Origin: Octopus sinensis
Taxonomy: Eukaryota
Length of the DNA stretch: 64,000 bases
Direction: 5' to 3'
Assembly (NCBI RefSeq): GCF_006345805.1
Contig: NC_043004.1
Coordinates: forward strand, 74,028,001-74,092,000
Part shown: positions 15,001-30,000 of the stretch, in pieces
Layout: each line of letters begins with the position of its first letter
How positions within the stretch are numbered: the first letter of the stretch is position 1
Program-made: the position numbers and the translations under genes
The notes under the pieces: model-generated
The model's database searches: none
What the model was told of the DNA's origin: nothing
The model's input: only the letters and a program-made list of their open reading frames with translations

Positions 15001-18000
15001 CGGTGGGACCATCTAATTTAAGAAGGGAACCCAGCAATTATAGAACCATTACTTGCTGACCATTACTCTGGACAATATTAAGTAACCTCAGAAATGAAGT
15101 ATATACGGTGGGACCATCTAAATTAAGAAGGGAACCCAGCAATTTAGAACCATTACTTGCTGACCATTATCTGGACATTATTAAGTAATCTCAGAAGATG
15201 AAGTATAAACGGTGGGACCATCTAATTTAAGAAGGGAACCTAGCAATTATAGAAACATTACTTGCTGACCATTACTCTGGACATTATTAAGTAACCCAGA
15301 AGATGAAGTATATACGGTGGGACCATCTAATTTAAGAAGGGAACCCAGCAATTATAGAACCATTACTTGCTGACCATTACTCTGGACATATTAAGTAACC
15401 TCAGAAAATGAAGTATATACGGTGGGACCATATAATTTAAGAAGGGAACCCAGCAATTATAGAACCATTACTTGCTGACCATTACTCTGGACATTATTAA
15501 GTAATCTCAGAAGATGAAGTACATACGGTGGGACCATCTAATTTAAGAAGGGAACCTAGCAATTATAGAACCATTACTTGCTGACCATTACTCTGGACAT
15601 TATTAAGTAATCTCAGAAGATGAAGTATATACGGTGGGACCATCTAATTTAAGAAGGGAACCAGCAATTATAGAACCATTACTTGCTGACCATTACTCTG
15701 GACATTATTAAGTAATCTCAGAAGATGAAGTACATACGGTGGGACCATCTAATTTAAGAAGGGAACCCAGCAATTATAGAACCATTACTTGCTGACCATT
15801 ACTCTGGACATTATTAAGTAACCTCAGAAGATGAAGTATATACGGTGGGACCATCTAATTTAAGAAGGGAACCCAGCAATTATAGAACCATTACTTGCTG
15901 ACCATTACTCTGGACATTATTAAGTAACCTCAGAAATGAAGTATATACGGTGGGACCATCTAATTTAAGAAGGGAACCAGCAATTATAGAACCATTACTT
16001 GCTGACCATTACTCTGGACATTATTAAGTAATCTCAGAAGATGAAGTATATACGGTGGGACCATCTAATTTAAGAAGGGAACAGGCAATTATAGAACCAT
16101 TACTTGCTGACCATTACTCTGGACATTATTAAGTAATCTCAGAAGATGAAGTATATACGGTGGGACCATCTAATTTAAGAAGGGAACCTAGCAATTATAG
16201 AACCATTACTTGCTGACCATTACTCTGGACATTATTAAGTAATCTCAGAAGATGAAGTATAAACGGTGGGACCATCTAATTTAAGAAGGGAACCAAGAAA
16301 TTATAGAACCATTACTTCCTGACCATTACTCTGGACATTAAGTAACCTCAGACGATGAAGTATATACGGTGGGAGCATCTAACTTAAGAAGGGAACCCAG
16401 CAATTATAGAACCATTACTTGCTGACCATTACTCTGGACATATTAAGTAACCTCAGAAATGAAGTATATACGGTGGGACCATCTAATTTAAGAAGGGAAC
16501 CCAGCAATTATAGAACCATTACTTGCTGACCATTACTCTGGACATTATTAAGTAATCTCAGAAGATGAAGTATATACGGTGGGACCATCTAATTTAAGAA
16601 GGGAACTAGCAATTATAGAACCATTACTTGCTGACCATTACTCTGGACATTATTAAGTAATCTCAGAAGATGAAGTATAACGGTGGGACCATCTAATTTA
16701 AGAAGGGAACCAGCAATTATAGAACCATTACTTGCTGACCATTACTCTGGACATTATTAAGTAATCTCAGAAGATGAAGTATATACGGTGGGACCATCTA
16801 ATTTAAGAAGGGAACCCAGCAATTATAGAACCATTACTTGCTGACCATTACTCTGGACATTATTAAGTAATCTCAGAAGATGAAGTATATACGGTGGGAC
16901 CATCTAATTTAAGAAGGGAACCCAGCAATTATAGAACCATTACTTGCTGACCATTACTCTGGACATTATTAAGTAATCTCAGAAGATGAAGTATATACGG
17001 TGGGACCATCTAATTTAAGAAGGGAACCCAGCAATTATAGAACCATTACTTGCTGACCATTACTCTGGACATTATTAAGTAATCTCAGAAGATGAAGTAT
17101 AACGGTGGGACCATCTAATTTAAGGAGGGAACCAGCAATTATAGAACCATTACTTGCTGACCATTACTCTGACGGGACTATCTAATTTTAGAATTGGGAC
17201 CCCAGCAATTATAGAACCATTACTTGCTGACCATTACTCTGGACATTATTAAGTAATCTCAAAGATGAAGTATATACGGTGGGACCATCTAATTTAAGAA
17301 GGGAACAGCAATTATAGAACCATTACTTGCTGACCATTACTCTGGACATTATTAAGTAATCTCAGAAGATGAAGTATATACGGTGGGACCATCTAATTTA
17401 AGAAGGGAACCAGCAATTATAGAACCATTACTTGCTGACCATTACTCTGGGCTTATTAAGTAATCTCAGAAGATGAAGTATATACGGTGGGACCATCTAA
17501 TTTAAGAAGGGAACCGGCAATTATAGACCATTACTTGCTGACCATTACTCTGGACATTATTAAGTAACCTCAGAAGATGAAGTATATACGGTGGGACAAT
17601 CTAATTTAAGAAGGGAACCCAGCAATTATAGACCCATTACTCTGGACATTATTAAGTAACCTCAGAAGATGAAGTATATACGGTGGGACCATCTAATTTA
17701 AGAAGGGAACCCAGCAATTATAGAACCATTACTTGCTGACCATTACCCTGGACGTTATTAAGTAACCCCAGTAGATGAAGTATATACGGTGGGACCATCT
17801 AATTTAAGAAGGGAACCCAGCAATTATAGAACCATTACTTGCTGACCATTACTCAGGACAATATTAAGTAACCTCAGAAAATGAAGTATGTACGGTGGGA
17901 CCATATAAATTAAGAAGGGAACCCAGCAATTATAGAACCATTACTTGCTGACCATTACTCTGGACATTATTAAGTAATCTCAGAAGATGAAGTATAAACG

Positions 18001-21000
18001 GTGGGACCATCTAATTTAAGAAGGGAACCTAGCAATTATAGAAACATTACTTGCTGACCATTACTCTGGACATTATTAAGTAACCCAGTAGATGAAGTAT
18101 ATACGGTGGGACCATCTAATTTAAGAAGGGAACCCAGCAATTATAGAACCATTACTTGCTGACCATTACTCTGGACATATTAAGTAACCTCAGAAATGAA
18201 GTATACGGTGGGACCATCTAATTTAAGAAGGGAACCCAGCAATTATAGAACCATTACTTGCTGACCATTACTCTGGACATTATTAAGTAATCTCACAAGA
18301 TGAAGTATAAACGGTGGGACCATCTAATTTAAGGAGGGAACCAAGAAATTATAGAACCATTACTTGCTGACCATTACTCTGGACATTATGAAGTAATCTC
18401 AGAAGATGAAGTATATACGGTGGGACCATCTAATTTAAGAAGGGAACAGGCAATTATACAATCATTACTTGCTGACCATTACTCTGGACATTATTAAGTA
18501 ATCTCAGAAGATGAAGTATATAGGTGGGACCATCTAATTTAAGAAGGGAACAGGCAATTATAGAACCATTACTTGCTGACCATTACTCTGGACATTATTA
18601 AGTAATCTCAGAAGATGAAGTATAAACGGTGGGACCATCTAATTTAAGAAGGGAACCCAGCAATTATAGAACCATTACTTGCTGACCATTACTCTGGACA
18701 TTATTAAGTAACCTCAGAGATGAAGTATATACGGTGGGACCATCTAATTTAAGAAGGGAACCCAGCAATTATAGAACCATTACTTGCTGACCATTACTCT
18801 GGACATTATTAAGTAACTCAGAAATGAAGTATATACGGTGGGACCATCTAATTTAAGAAGGAACCCAGCAATTATAGAACCATTACTTGCTGACCATTAC
18901 TCTGGACATTATTAAGTAATCTCAGAAGATGAAGTATATACGGTGGGACCATCTAATTTAAGAAGGGAACAGCAATTATAGAACCATTACTTGCTGACCA
19001 TTACTCTGGACATTATTAAGTAATCTCAGAAGATGAAGTATATACGGTGGGACCATCTAATTTAAGAAGGGAACAGCAATTATAGAACCATTACTTGCTG
19101 ACCATTACTCTGGACATTATTAAGTAACCTCAGAAGATGAAGTATATACGGTGGGACCATCTAATTTAAGAAGGGAACAGCAATTATAGAACCATTACTT
19201 GCTGACCATTACTCTGGACATTATTAAGTAATCTCAGAAGATGAAGTATATACGGTGGGACCATCTAATTTAAGAAGGGAACCGCAATTATAGACCATTA
19301 CTTGCTGACCATTACTCTGGACATTATTAAGTAATCTCAGAAGATGAAGTATATACGGTGGGACCATCTAATTTAAGAAGGGAACCCAGCAATTATAGAA
19401 CCATTACTTGCTGACCATTACTCTGGACATTATTAAGTAATCTCAGAAGATGAAGTATATACGGTGGGACCATCTAATTTAAGGAGGGAACCCAGCAATT
19501 ATAGAACCATTACTTGCTGACCATTACTCTGGACATTATTAAGTAATCTCAGAAGATGAAGTATATACGGTGCGACAAACTAATTTAAGAAGGGAACCCA
19601 GCAATTATAGAACCATTACTTGCTGACCATTACTCTGGACATTATTAAGTAATCTCAGAAGATGAAGTATAAACGGTGGGACCATCTAATTTAAGGAGGG
19701 AACCCAGCAATTATAGAACCATTACTTGCTGACCATTACTCTGGACAGGACCATCTAATTTTAGAAGGGAACCCAGCAATTATAGAACCATTACTTGCTG
19801 ACCATTACTCTGGACATTATTAAGTAATCTCAAAGATGAAGTATATACGGTGGGACCATCTAATTTAAGAAGGGAACCCAGCAATTATAGAACCATTACT
19901 TGCTGACCATTACTCTGGACATTATTAAGTAATCTCAGAAGATGAAGTATAAACGGTGGGACCATCTAATTTAAGAAGGGAACAGGCAATAATAGAACCA
20001 TTACTTGCTGACCATTACTCTGGACATTATTAAGTTACCTCAGAAGATGAAGTATATACGGTGGGACCATCTAATTTAAGAAGGGAACAGGCAATTATAG
20101 AACAATTACTTGCTGACCATTACACTGGACATTATTAAGTTACCTCAGAAGATGAAGTATATACGGTGGGACCATCTAATTTAAGAAGGGAACAGGCAAT
20201 TATACAATCATTACTTGCTGACCAATACTCTGGACATTATTAAGTAATCTCAGAAGATGAAGTATATACGGTGGGACCATCTAATTTAAGAAGGGAACAG
20301 GCAATTATAGAACCATTACTTGCTGACCATTACTCTGGACATTATTAAGTAACCCCAGTAGATGAAGTATATACGGTGGGACCATCTAATTTAAGAAGGG
20401 AACCAGCAATTATAGAACCAGTACTTGCTGACCATTACGCTGGGCTTTATTAAGTAATCTCAGAAGATGAAGTATATACGGTGGGACCATCTAATTTAAG
20501 AAGGGAACCGGCAATTATAGACCCATTACTTGCTGACCATTACTCTGGACATTATTAAGTAATCTCAGAAGATGAAGTATATACGGTGGGACCATCTAAT
20601 TTAAGAAGGGAACCCACCAATTATAGACCATTTACTCTGGGCATTATTAAGTAATCTCAGAAGATGAAGTATATACGGTGGGACCATCTAATTTAAGAAG
20701 GGAACCCAGCAATTATAGAACCATTACTTGCTGACCATTACTCTGGACATTATTAAGTAATCTCAGAAGATGAAGTATATACGGTGGGACATCTAATTTA
20801 AGAAGGGAACCCAGCAATTATAGAACCATTACTTGCTGACCATTACTCTGGACATTATTAAGTAATCTCAGAAGATGAAGTATAAACGGTGGGACCATCT
20901 AATTTAAGGAGGGAACCCAGCAATTATAGAACCATTACTTGCTGACCATTACTCTGGACAGGACCATCTAATTTAGAAGGGACCCAGCAATTATAGAACC

Positions 21001-24000
21001 ATTACTTGCTGACCATTACTCTGGACATTATTAAGTAATCTCAAAAGATGAAGTATATACGGTGGGACCATCTAATTTAAGAAGGGAACCCAGCATTATA
21101 GAACCATTACTTGCTGACCATTACTCTGGACATTATTAAGTAATCTCAGAAGATGAAGTATATACGGTGGGACCATCTAATTTAAGAAGGGAACCAGCAA
21201 TTTTAGAACCATTACTTGCTGACCATTACTCTGGACAATATTAAGTAACCTCAGAAAATGAAGTATGCACGGTGGGACCATCTAATTTAAGAAGGGAACA
21301 GGCAATTATAGAACCATTACTTGCTGACCATTACTCTGGACATTATTAAGTAACCTCAGAAGATGAAGTATATACGGTGGGACCATCTAATTTAAGAAGG
21401 GAACAGGCAATTATAGAACCATTACTTGCTGACCATTACTCTGGACATTATTAAGTAATCTCAGAAGATGAAGTATATACGGTGGGACCATCTAATTTAA
21501 GAAGGGAACAGGCAATTATAGAACCATTACTTGCTGACCATTACTCTGGACATTATTAAGTAATCTCAGAAGATGAAGTATAAACGGTGGGACCATCTAA
21601 TTTAAGAAGGGAACCCAGCAATTATAGAACCATTACTTGCTGACCATTACTCTGGACATTAAAGTAACATCAGAAGATGAAGTATATACGGTGGGACCAT
21701 CTAATTTAAGAAGGGAACCCAGCAATTATAGAACCATTACTTGCTGACCATTACTCTGGAAATTAAGTAACCTCAGATGAAGTATATACGGTGGGACCAT
21801 CTAATTTAAGAAGGGAACAGGCAATTATAGAACCATTACTTGCTGACCATTACTCTGGACATTATTAAGTAATCTCAGAAGATGAAGTATATACGGTGGG
21901 ACCATCTAATTTAAGAAGGGAACCCAGCAATTATAGAACCATTACTTGCTGACCATTACTCTGGACATTAAGTAACCTCAGAAGATGAAGTATATACGGT
22001 GGGACCATCTAATTTAAGAAGGGAACCCAGCAATTATAGAACCATTACTTGCTGACCATTACTCTGGATATTAAGTAACCTCAGAAGATGAAGTATATAC
22101 GGTGGGACCATCTAATTTAAGAAGGGAACAGGCAATTATAGAACCATTACTTGCTGACCATTACTCTGGACATTATTAAGTAATCTCAGAAATGAAGTAT
22201 ATACGGTGGGACCATCTAATTTAAGAAGGGAACAGGCAATTATAGAACCATTACTTGCTGACCATTACTCTGGACATTATTAAGTAATCTCAGAAGATGA
22301 AGTATATACGGTGGGACCATCTAATTTAAGAAGGGAACAGGCAATTATAGAACCATTACTTGCTGACCATTACTCTGGACATTATTAAGTAATCTCAGAA
22401 GATGAAGTATAAACGGTGGGACCATCTAATTTAAGAAGGGAACCCAGCAATTATAGAACCATTACTTGCTGACCATTACTCTGGATTTTAAGTAACCTCA
22501 GAAATGAAGTATATACGGTGGGACCATCTAATTTAAGAAGGGAACCAGCAATTATAGAACCATTACTTGCTGACCATTACTCTGGATATTAAGTAACCTC
22601 AGAAGATGAAGTATATACGGTGGGACCATCTAATTTAAGAAGGGAACAGCAATTATAGAACCATTACTTGCTGACCATTACTCTGGACTTTATTAAGTAA
22701 TCTCAGAAGATGAAGTATATACGGTGGGACCATCTAATTTAAGAAGGGAACAGGCAATTATAGAACCATTACTTGCTGACCATTACTCTGGACATTATTA
22801 AGTAATCTCAGAGATGAAGTATATATACGGTGGGACCATCTAATTTAAGAAGGGAACAGCAATTATAGAACCATTACTTGCTGACCATTACTCTGGACAT
22901 TATTAAGTAATCTCAGAAGATGAAGTATATACGGTGGGACCATCTAATTTAAGAAGGGAACAGCAATTATAGAACCATTACTTGCTGACCATTACTCTGG
23001 ACATTATTAAGTAACCTCAGAAGATGAAGTATATACGGTGGGACCATCTAATTTAAGAAGGGAACAGGCAATTATAGAACCATTACTTGCTGACCATTAC
23101 TCTGGACATTATTAAGTAATCTCAGAAGATGAAGTATATACGGTGGGACCATCTAATTTAAGAAGGGAACAGGCAATTATAGAACCATTACTTGCTGACC
23201 ATTACTCTGGACATTAAGTAACCTCAGACGATGAAGTATATACGGTGGGACCATCTAATTTAAGAAGGGAACAGGCAATTATAGAACCATTACTTGCTGA
23301 CCATTACTCTGGACGTTATTAAGTAACCTCAGAAAATGAAGTATATACGGTGGGACCATCTAATTTAAGAAGGGAACAGGCAATTATAGAATCATTACTT
23401 GCTGACCATTACTCTGGACATTATTAAGTAATCTCAGAAGATGAAGTATAAACGGTGGGACCATCTAATTTAAGAAGGGAACCCAGCAATTATAGAACCA
23501 ATACTTGCTGACCATTACTCTGGACATTAAGTAACCTCAGACGATGAAGTATATACGGTGGGAGCATCTAACTTAAGAAGGGAACCCAGCAATTATAGAA
23601 CCATTACTTGCTGACCATTACTCTGGTATTAAGTAATCTCAGAAGATGAAGTATATACGGTGGGACCATCTAATTTAAGAAGGGAACAGCAATTATAGAA
23701 CCATTACTTGCTGACCATTACTCTGGACATTATTAAGTAATCTCAGAAGATGAAGTATATACGGTGGGACCATCTAATTTAAGAAGGGAACAGCAATTAT
23801 AGAACCATTACTTGCTGACCATTACTCTGGACATTATTAAGTAATCTCAGAAGATGAAGTATATACGGTGGGACCATCTAATTTAAGAAGGGAACCAGCA
23901 ATTATAGAACCATTACTTGCTGACCATTACTCTGGATATTAAGTAATCTCAGAAGATGAAGTATATACGGTGGGACCATCTAATTTAAGAAGGGAACCGC

Positions 24001-27000
24001 AATTATAGAACCATTACTTGCTGACCATTACTCTGGACATTATTAGTAATCTCAGAAGATGAAGTATAAACGGTGGGACCATCTAATTTAAGAAGGGAAC
24101 AGGCAATTATAGAACCATTACTTGCTGACCATTACTCTGGACATTATTAAGTAACCTCAGAAGATGAAGTATATACGGTGGGACCATCTAATTTAAGAAG
24201 GGAACAGGCAATTATAGAACCATTACTTGCTGACCATTACTCTGGACATTATTAAGTAATCTCAGAAGATGAATATATACGGTGGGACCATCTAATTTAA
24301 GAAGGGAACAGGCAATTATAGAACCATTACTTGCTGACCATTACTCTGGACATTATTAAGTAATCTCAGAAGATGAAGTATAAACGGTGGGACCATCTAA
24401 TTTAAGAAGGGAACCCAGCAATTATAGAACCATTACTTGCTGACCATTACTCTGGACATTAAAGTAATCTCAGAAGATGAAGTATATACGGTGGGACCAT
24501 CTAATTTAAGAAGGGTAACAGCAATTATAGAACCATTACTTGCTGACCATTACTCTGGACATTATTAAGTAACCTCAGAAGATGAAGTATATATGGTGGG
24601 ACCATCTAATTTAAGAAGGGAACAGGCAATTATAGAACCATTACTTGCTGACCATTACTCTGGACATTATTAAGTAATCTCAGAAGATGAAGTATATACG
24701 GTGGGACCATCTAATTTAAGAAGGGAACAGGCAATTATAGAACCATTACTTGCTGACCATTACTCTGGACATTATTAAGTAATCTCAGAAGATGAAGTAT
24801 AACGGTGGGACCATCTAATTAAGAAGGGAACCCAGCAATTATAGAACCATTACTTGCTGACCATTACTCTGGACATTAAAGTAACTCAGAAGATGAAGTA
24901 TATACGGTGGGACCATCTAATTTAAGAAGGGAACCCAGCAATTATAGAACCATTACTTGCTGACCATTACTCTGGAATTAAGTAACCTCAGAAGATGAAG
25001 TATATACGGTGGGACCATCTAATTTAAGAAGGGAACCGGCAATTATAGAACCATTACTTGCTGACCATTACTCTGGACATTTATTAAGTAATCTCAGAAG
25101 ATGAAGTATATACGGTGGGACCATCTAATTTAAGAAGGGAACAGCAATTATAGAACCATTACTTGCTGACCATTACTCTGGACATTATTAAGTAATCTCA
25201 GAAGATGAAGTATATACGGTGGGACCATCTAATTAAGAAGGGAACCAATTATAGAACCATTACTTGCTGACCATTACTCTGGACATTATTAAGTAATCTC
25301 AGAAGATGAAGTATAAACGGTGGGACCATCTAATTTAAGGAGGGAACCCAGCAATTATAGAACCATTACTTGCTGACCATTACTCTGGACATTATTAAGT
25401 AATCTCAGAAGATGAAGTATATACGGTGGGACCATCTAATTTTAGTAGGGAACCCAGCAATTATAGAACCATTACTTGCTGACCATTACTCTGGACAGGA
25501 CCATCTAATTTTAGAAGGGAACCCAGCAATTATAGAACCATTACTTGCTGACCATTACTCTGGACATTATTAAATAATCTCAAAAGATGAAGTATATACG
25601 GTGGGACCATCTAATTTAAGAAGGGAACCCAGCAATTATAGAACCATTACGTGCTGACCATTACTCTGGACATTATTATGTAATCTCAGAAGATGAAGTA
25701 TAAACGGTGGGACCATCTAATTTAAGAAGGGAACAAGCAATAATAGAACCATTACTTGCTGACCATTACTCTGGACATTATTAAGTTACCTCAGAAGATG
25801 AAGTATATACGGTGAGACCATCTAATTTAAGAAGGGAACAGGCAATTATAGAACAATTACTTGCTGACCATTACACTGGACATTATTAAGTTACCTCAGA
25901 AGATGAAGTATATACGGTGGGACCATCTAATTTAAGAAGGGAACAGGCAATTATACAATCATTACTTGCTGACCAATACTCTGGACATTATTAAGTAATC
26001 TCAGAAGATGAAGTATATACGGTGGGACCATCTAATTTAAGAAGGGAACAGGCAATTATAGAACCATTACTTGCTGACCATTACTCTGGACATTATTAAG
26101 TAATCTCAGAAGATGAAGTATAAACGGTGGGACCATCTAATTTAAGAAGGGAACCCAGCAATTATAGAACCATTACTTTCTGACCATTACTCTGGACATT
26201 AAATAACATCAGACGATGAAGTATATACGGTGGGACCATCTAAGTTAAGTAGGGAACCCAGCAATTATAGAACCATTAGTTGCTGACCATTACTCTGGAA
26301 ATTAAGTAACCTCAGACGATGAAGTATATACGGTGGGACCATCTAATTTAAGAAGGGAACAGGCAATTATAGAAGCATTACCTGCTGACCATTACTCTGG
26401 GCTTTATTAAGTAATCTTAGAAGATGAAGTATATACGGTGGGACCATATAATTTAAGAAGGGAACCCAGCAATTATAGAACCAATACTTGCTGGCCATTA
26501 CTCTGGACATTAAGTAACCTCAGACGATGAAGTATATACGGTGGGAGCATCTAACTTAAGAATGGAACCCAGCAATTATAGAACCATTACTTGCTGACCA
26601 TTACTCTGGATATTAAGTAACCTCAGACTATGAAGTATATACGGTGGGACCATCTAATTTAAGAAGGGAACAGGCAATTATAGAACCATTACTTGCTGAC
26701 CATTACTCTGGACTTTATTAAGTAATCTCAGAAATGAAGTATATACGGTGGGACCATATAATTTAAGAAGGGAACAGGCAATTATAGAACCATTACTTGC
26801 TGACCATTACTCTGGACATTATTAAGTAATCTCAGAAGATGAAGTAAAAACGGTGGGACCATCTAATTTAAGAAGGGAACCCAGCAAATATAGAACCATT
26901 ACTTGCTGACCATTACTCTGGATATTATTAAGTAATCTCAGAAGATGAAGTATAAACGGTGGGACCAACTAATTTAAGAAGGGAACCCCAGCAATTATAG

Positions 27001-30000
27001 AACCATTACTTGCTGACCATTACTCTCTGGATATTAAGTACCTCAGAAGATGAAGTATATACGGTGGGACCATCTAATTTAAGAAGGGAACCAGCAATTA
27101 TAGAACCATTACTTGCTGACCATTACTCTGGATATTATACCTCAGAAGATGAAGTATATACGGTGGGACCATCTAATTTAAGAAGGGAACAGGCCAATTA
27201 TAAAAAAACCATTACTTGCTGACCATTACTCTGGCTTATTAAGTAATCTCAGAAGATGAAGTATATATGGTGGGACCATCTAATTTAAGAAGGGAACAGG
27301 CAATTATAGACCCATAAGTTGCTGACCATTACTTTGGACATTATTAAGTAATCTCAGAAGATGAAGTATATACGGTGTGACCATCTAATTTAAGAAGGGA
27401 ACAGTCAATTATAGAATCATTACTTGCTGACCATTACTCTGGACATTATTAAGTAATCTCAGAAGATGAAGTATATACGGTGGGACCATCTAATTTAGGA
27501 AGGGAACAGGCAATTATAGAACCATTACTTGCTGACCATTACTCTGGACATTATTAAGTAACCTCAGAAGATGAAGTATATACGGTAGGACCATCTAATT
27601 TAAGAAGGGAATAGGCAATTATAGACCCATAACTTGCTGACCATTACTATGGACATTATTAAGTAATCTCAGAAGATGAAGTATAAACGGTGGGACCATC
27701 TAATTTAGGAAGGGAACAGGCAAATATAGAACCATTACTTGCTGACCATTACTCTGGACATTAAGTAACTCAGAAATGAAGTATGTACGGTGGGACCATC
27801 TAATTTAAGAAGGGAACAGGCAATTATAGAACCATTACTTGCTGACCATTACTCTGGACATTATTAAGTAACCTCAGAAAATGAAATATTACGGTGGGAC
27901 CATCTAATTTAAGAAGGGAACCCAGCAATTATAGAACCATTACTTGCTGACCATTACTCTGGACATTATTAAGTAATCTCAGAAATGAAGTATAAACGGT
28001 GGGACCATCTAATTTAAGAAGGAACCCAGCAATTATAGAACCAATACTTGCTGACCATTACTCTGGACATTAAGTAACCTCAGAAGATGAAGTATATACG
28101 GTGGGAGCATCTAATTAAGAAGGGAACCAGCAATTATAGAACCATTACTTGCTGACCATTACTCTGGATATTAAGTAATCTCAGACGATGAAGTATATAC
28201 GGTGGGACCATCTATTTAAGAAGGGAACAGGCAATTATAGAACCATTACTTGCTGACATTACTCTGGCTTTATTAAGTAATCTTAGAAATGAAGTATATA
28301 CGGTGGACCATCTAATTTAAGAAGGGAACAGGCAATTATAGAACCATTACTTGCTGACCATTACTCTGGACATATTAAGTAATCTCAGAAGATGAAGTAT
28401 AAACGGTGGGACCATCTAATTTAAGAAGGGAACCCAGCAATTATAGAACCATTACTTGCTGACCATTACTCTGGATATATTAAGTAATCTCCAGAAGATG
28501 AAGTATATACGGTGGACCATCTAATTTAAGAAGGGAACCAAGCAATTATAGAACCATTACTTGCTGACCATTACTCTGGATATTATTAACCTAGACGAAT
28601 GAAGTATATACGGTGGGACCATCTAATTTAAGAAGGGAACAGGCAATTATAGAACCATTACTTGCTGACCATTACTCTGGACATTATTAAGTAATCTCAG
28701 AAGATGAAGTATATACGTGGGGACCATCTAATTTAAGAAGGGAACAGGCAATATAGACCATTACTTGCTGACCATTACTCTGGACATTATTAAGTAACCT
28801 CAGAAGATGAAGTATATACGGTGTGACCACCTCTATTTAAGAAGGGAACAGGCAATTATAGAACATTACTTGCTGACCATTACACTGGACATTATTAAGT
28901 TACCTCAGAAGATGAAGTATATACGGTGGTACCATCTAATTTAAGAAGGGAACAGGCATTATATAGAATCATACTTGCTGACCAATACTCTGGATTTTAT
29001 TAAGTAATCTCAGAAGATGAATATACGGTGGGACCATCTAATTTAAGAAGGGAACAGGCAATTATAGAACCATTACTTGCTGACCATTACTCTGGACATT
29101 ATTAAGTAATCTCAGAAGATGAAGTATAAACGGTGGGACCATCTAATTTAAGAAGGGAACCCAGCAATTATAGAACCATTACTTGCTGACCATTACTCTG
29201 GACTCTACATTAATAACCTCAGAGATGAAGTATATACGGTGGGACCATCTAATTTAAGAAGGGACAGGCAATTATAGAACCATTACTTTGACCATTACTC
29301 TGGACATTATTAAGTTAACCTCAGAAGATGAAGTATATACGGTGGGACCATCTAATTTAAGAAGGGAACAGGCAATTATAGAACATTACTTGCTGACCAT
29401 TACACTGGACATTATTAAGTCTTCTCAGAAGATGAAGTATATACGGTGGGACCATCTAATTTAAGAATCGAACAGGCAATTATAGGACCATTACTTGCTG
29501 ACCATTACTCTGCACATTAAGTAACCTCAGACAATGAAGTATATACGGTGGGACCATCTAATTTAAGAATGGAACAGGCAATTATAGAACCATTACTTGT
29601 TAACCATTACTCTGGACCTTATTAAGTAATCTCAGAAGATGAAGTATAAACAGTGGGACCATCTAATTTAAGATGGGAACCCAGCAATTATAGAACCAAG
29701 ACTTGCTGACCATTCCTCTGGACATTAAGTAACCTCAGAGGATGAAGTATATACGGTGGGAGCATCTAATTTAAGAAGGGACCCAGCAATTATAGAACCA
29801 TTAGTTGCTGACCATACTCTGGAAATTAAGTAACCTCAGACGATGAAGTTATACGGTGGGACCATCTAATTTAAGAAGGGAACAGGCAATTATAGAACAT
29901 TACTTGCTGACCATTACTCTGGACTTTATTAAGTAATCTTAGAAGATGAAGTATATATGGTGGGACCATCTAATTTGAGAAGGGAACAGGCAATTATAGA

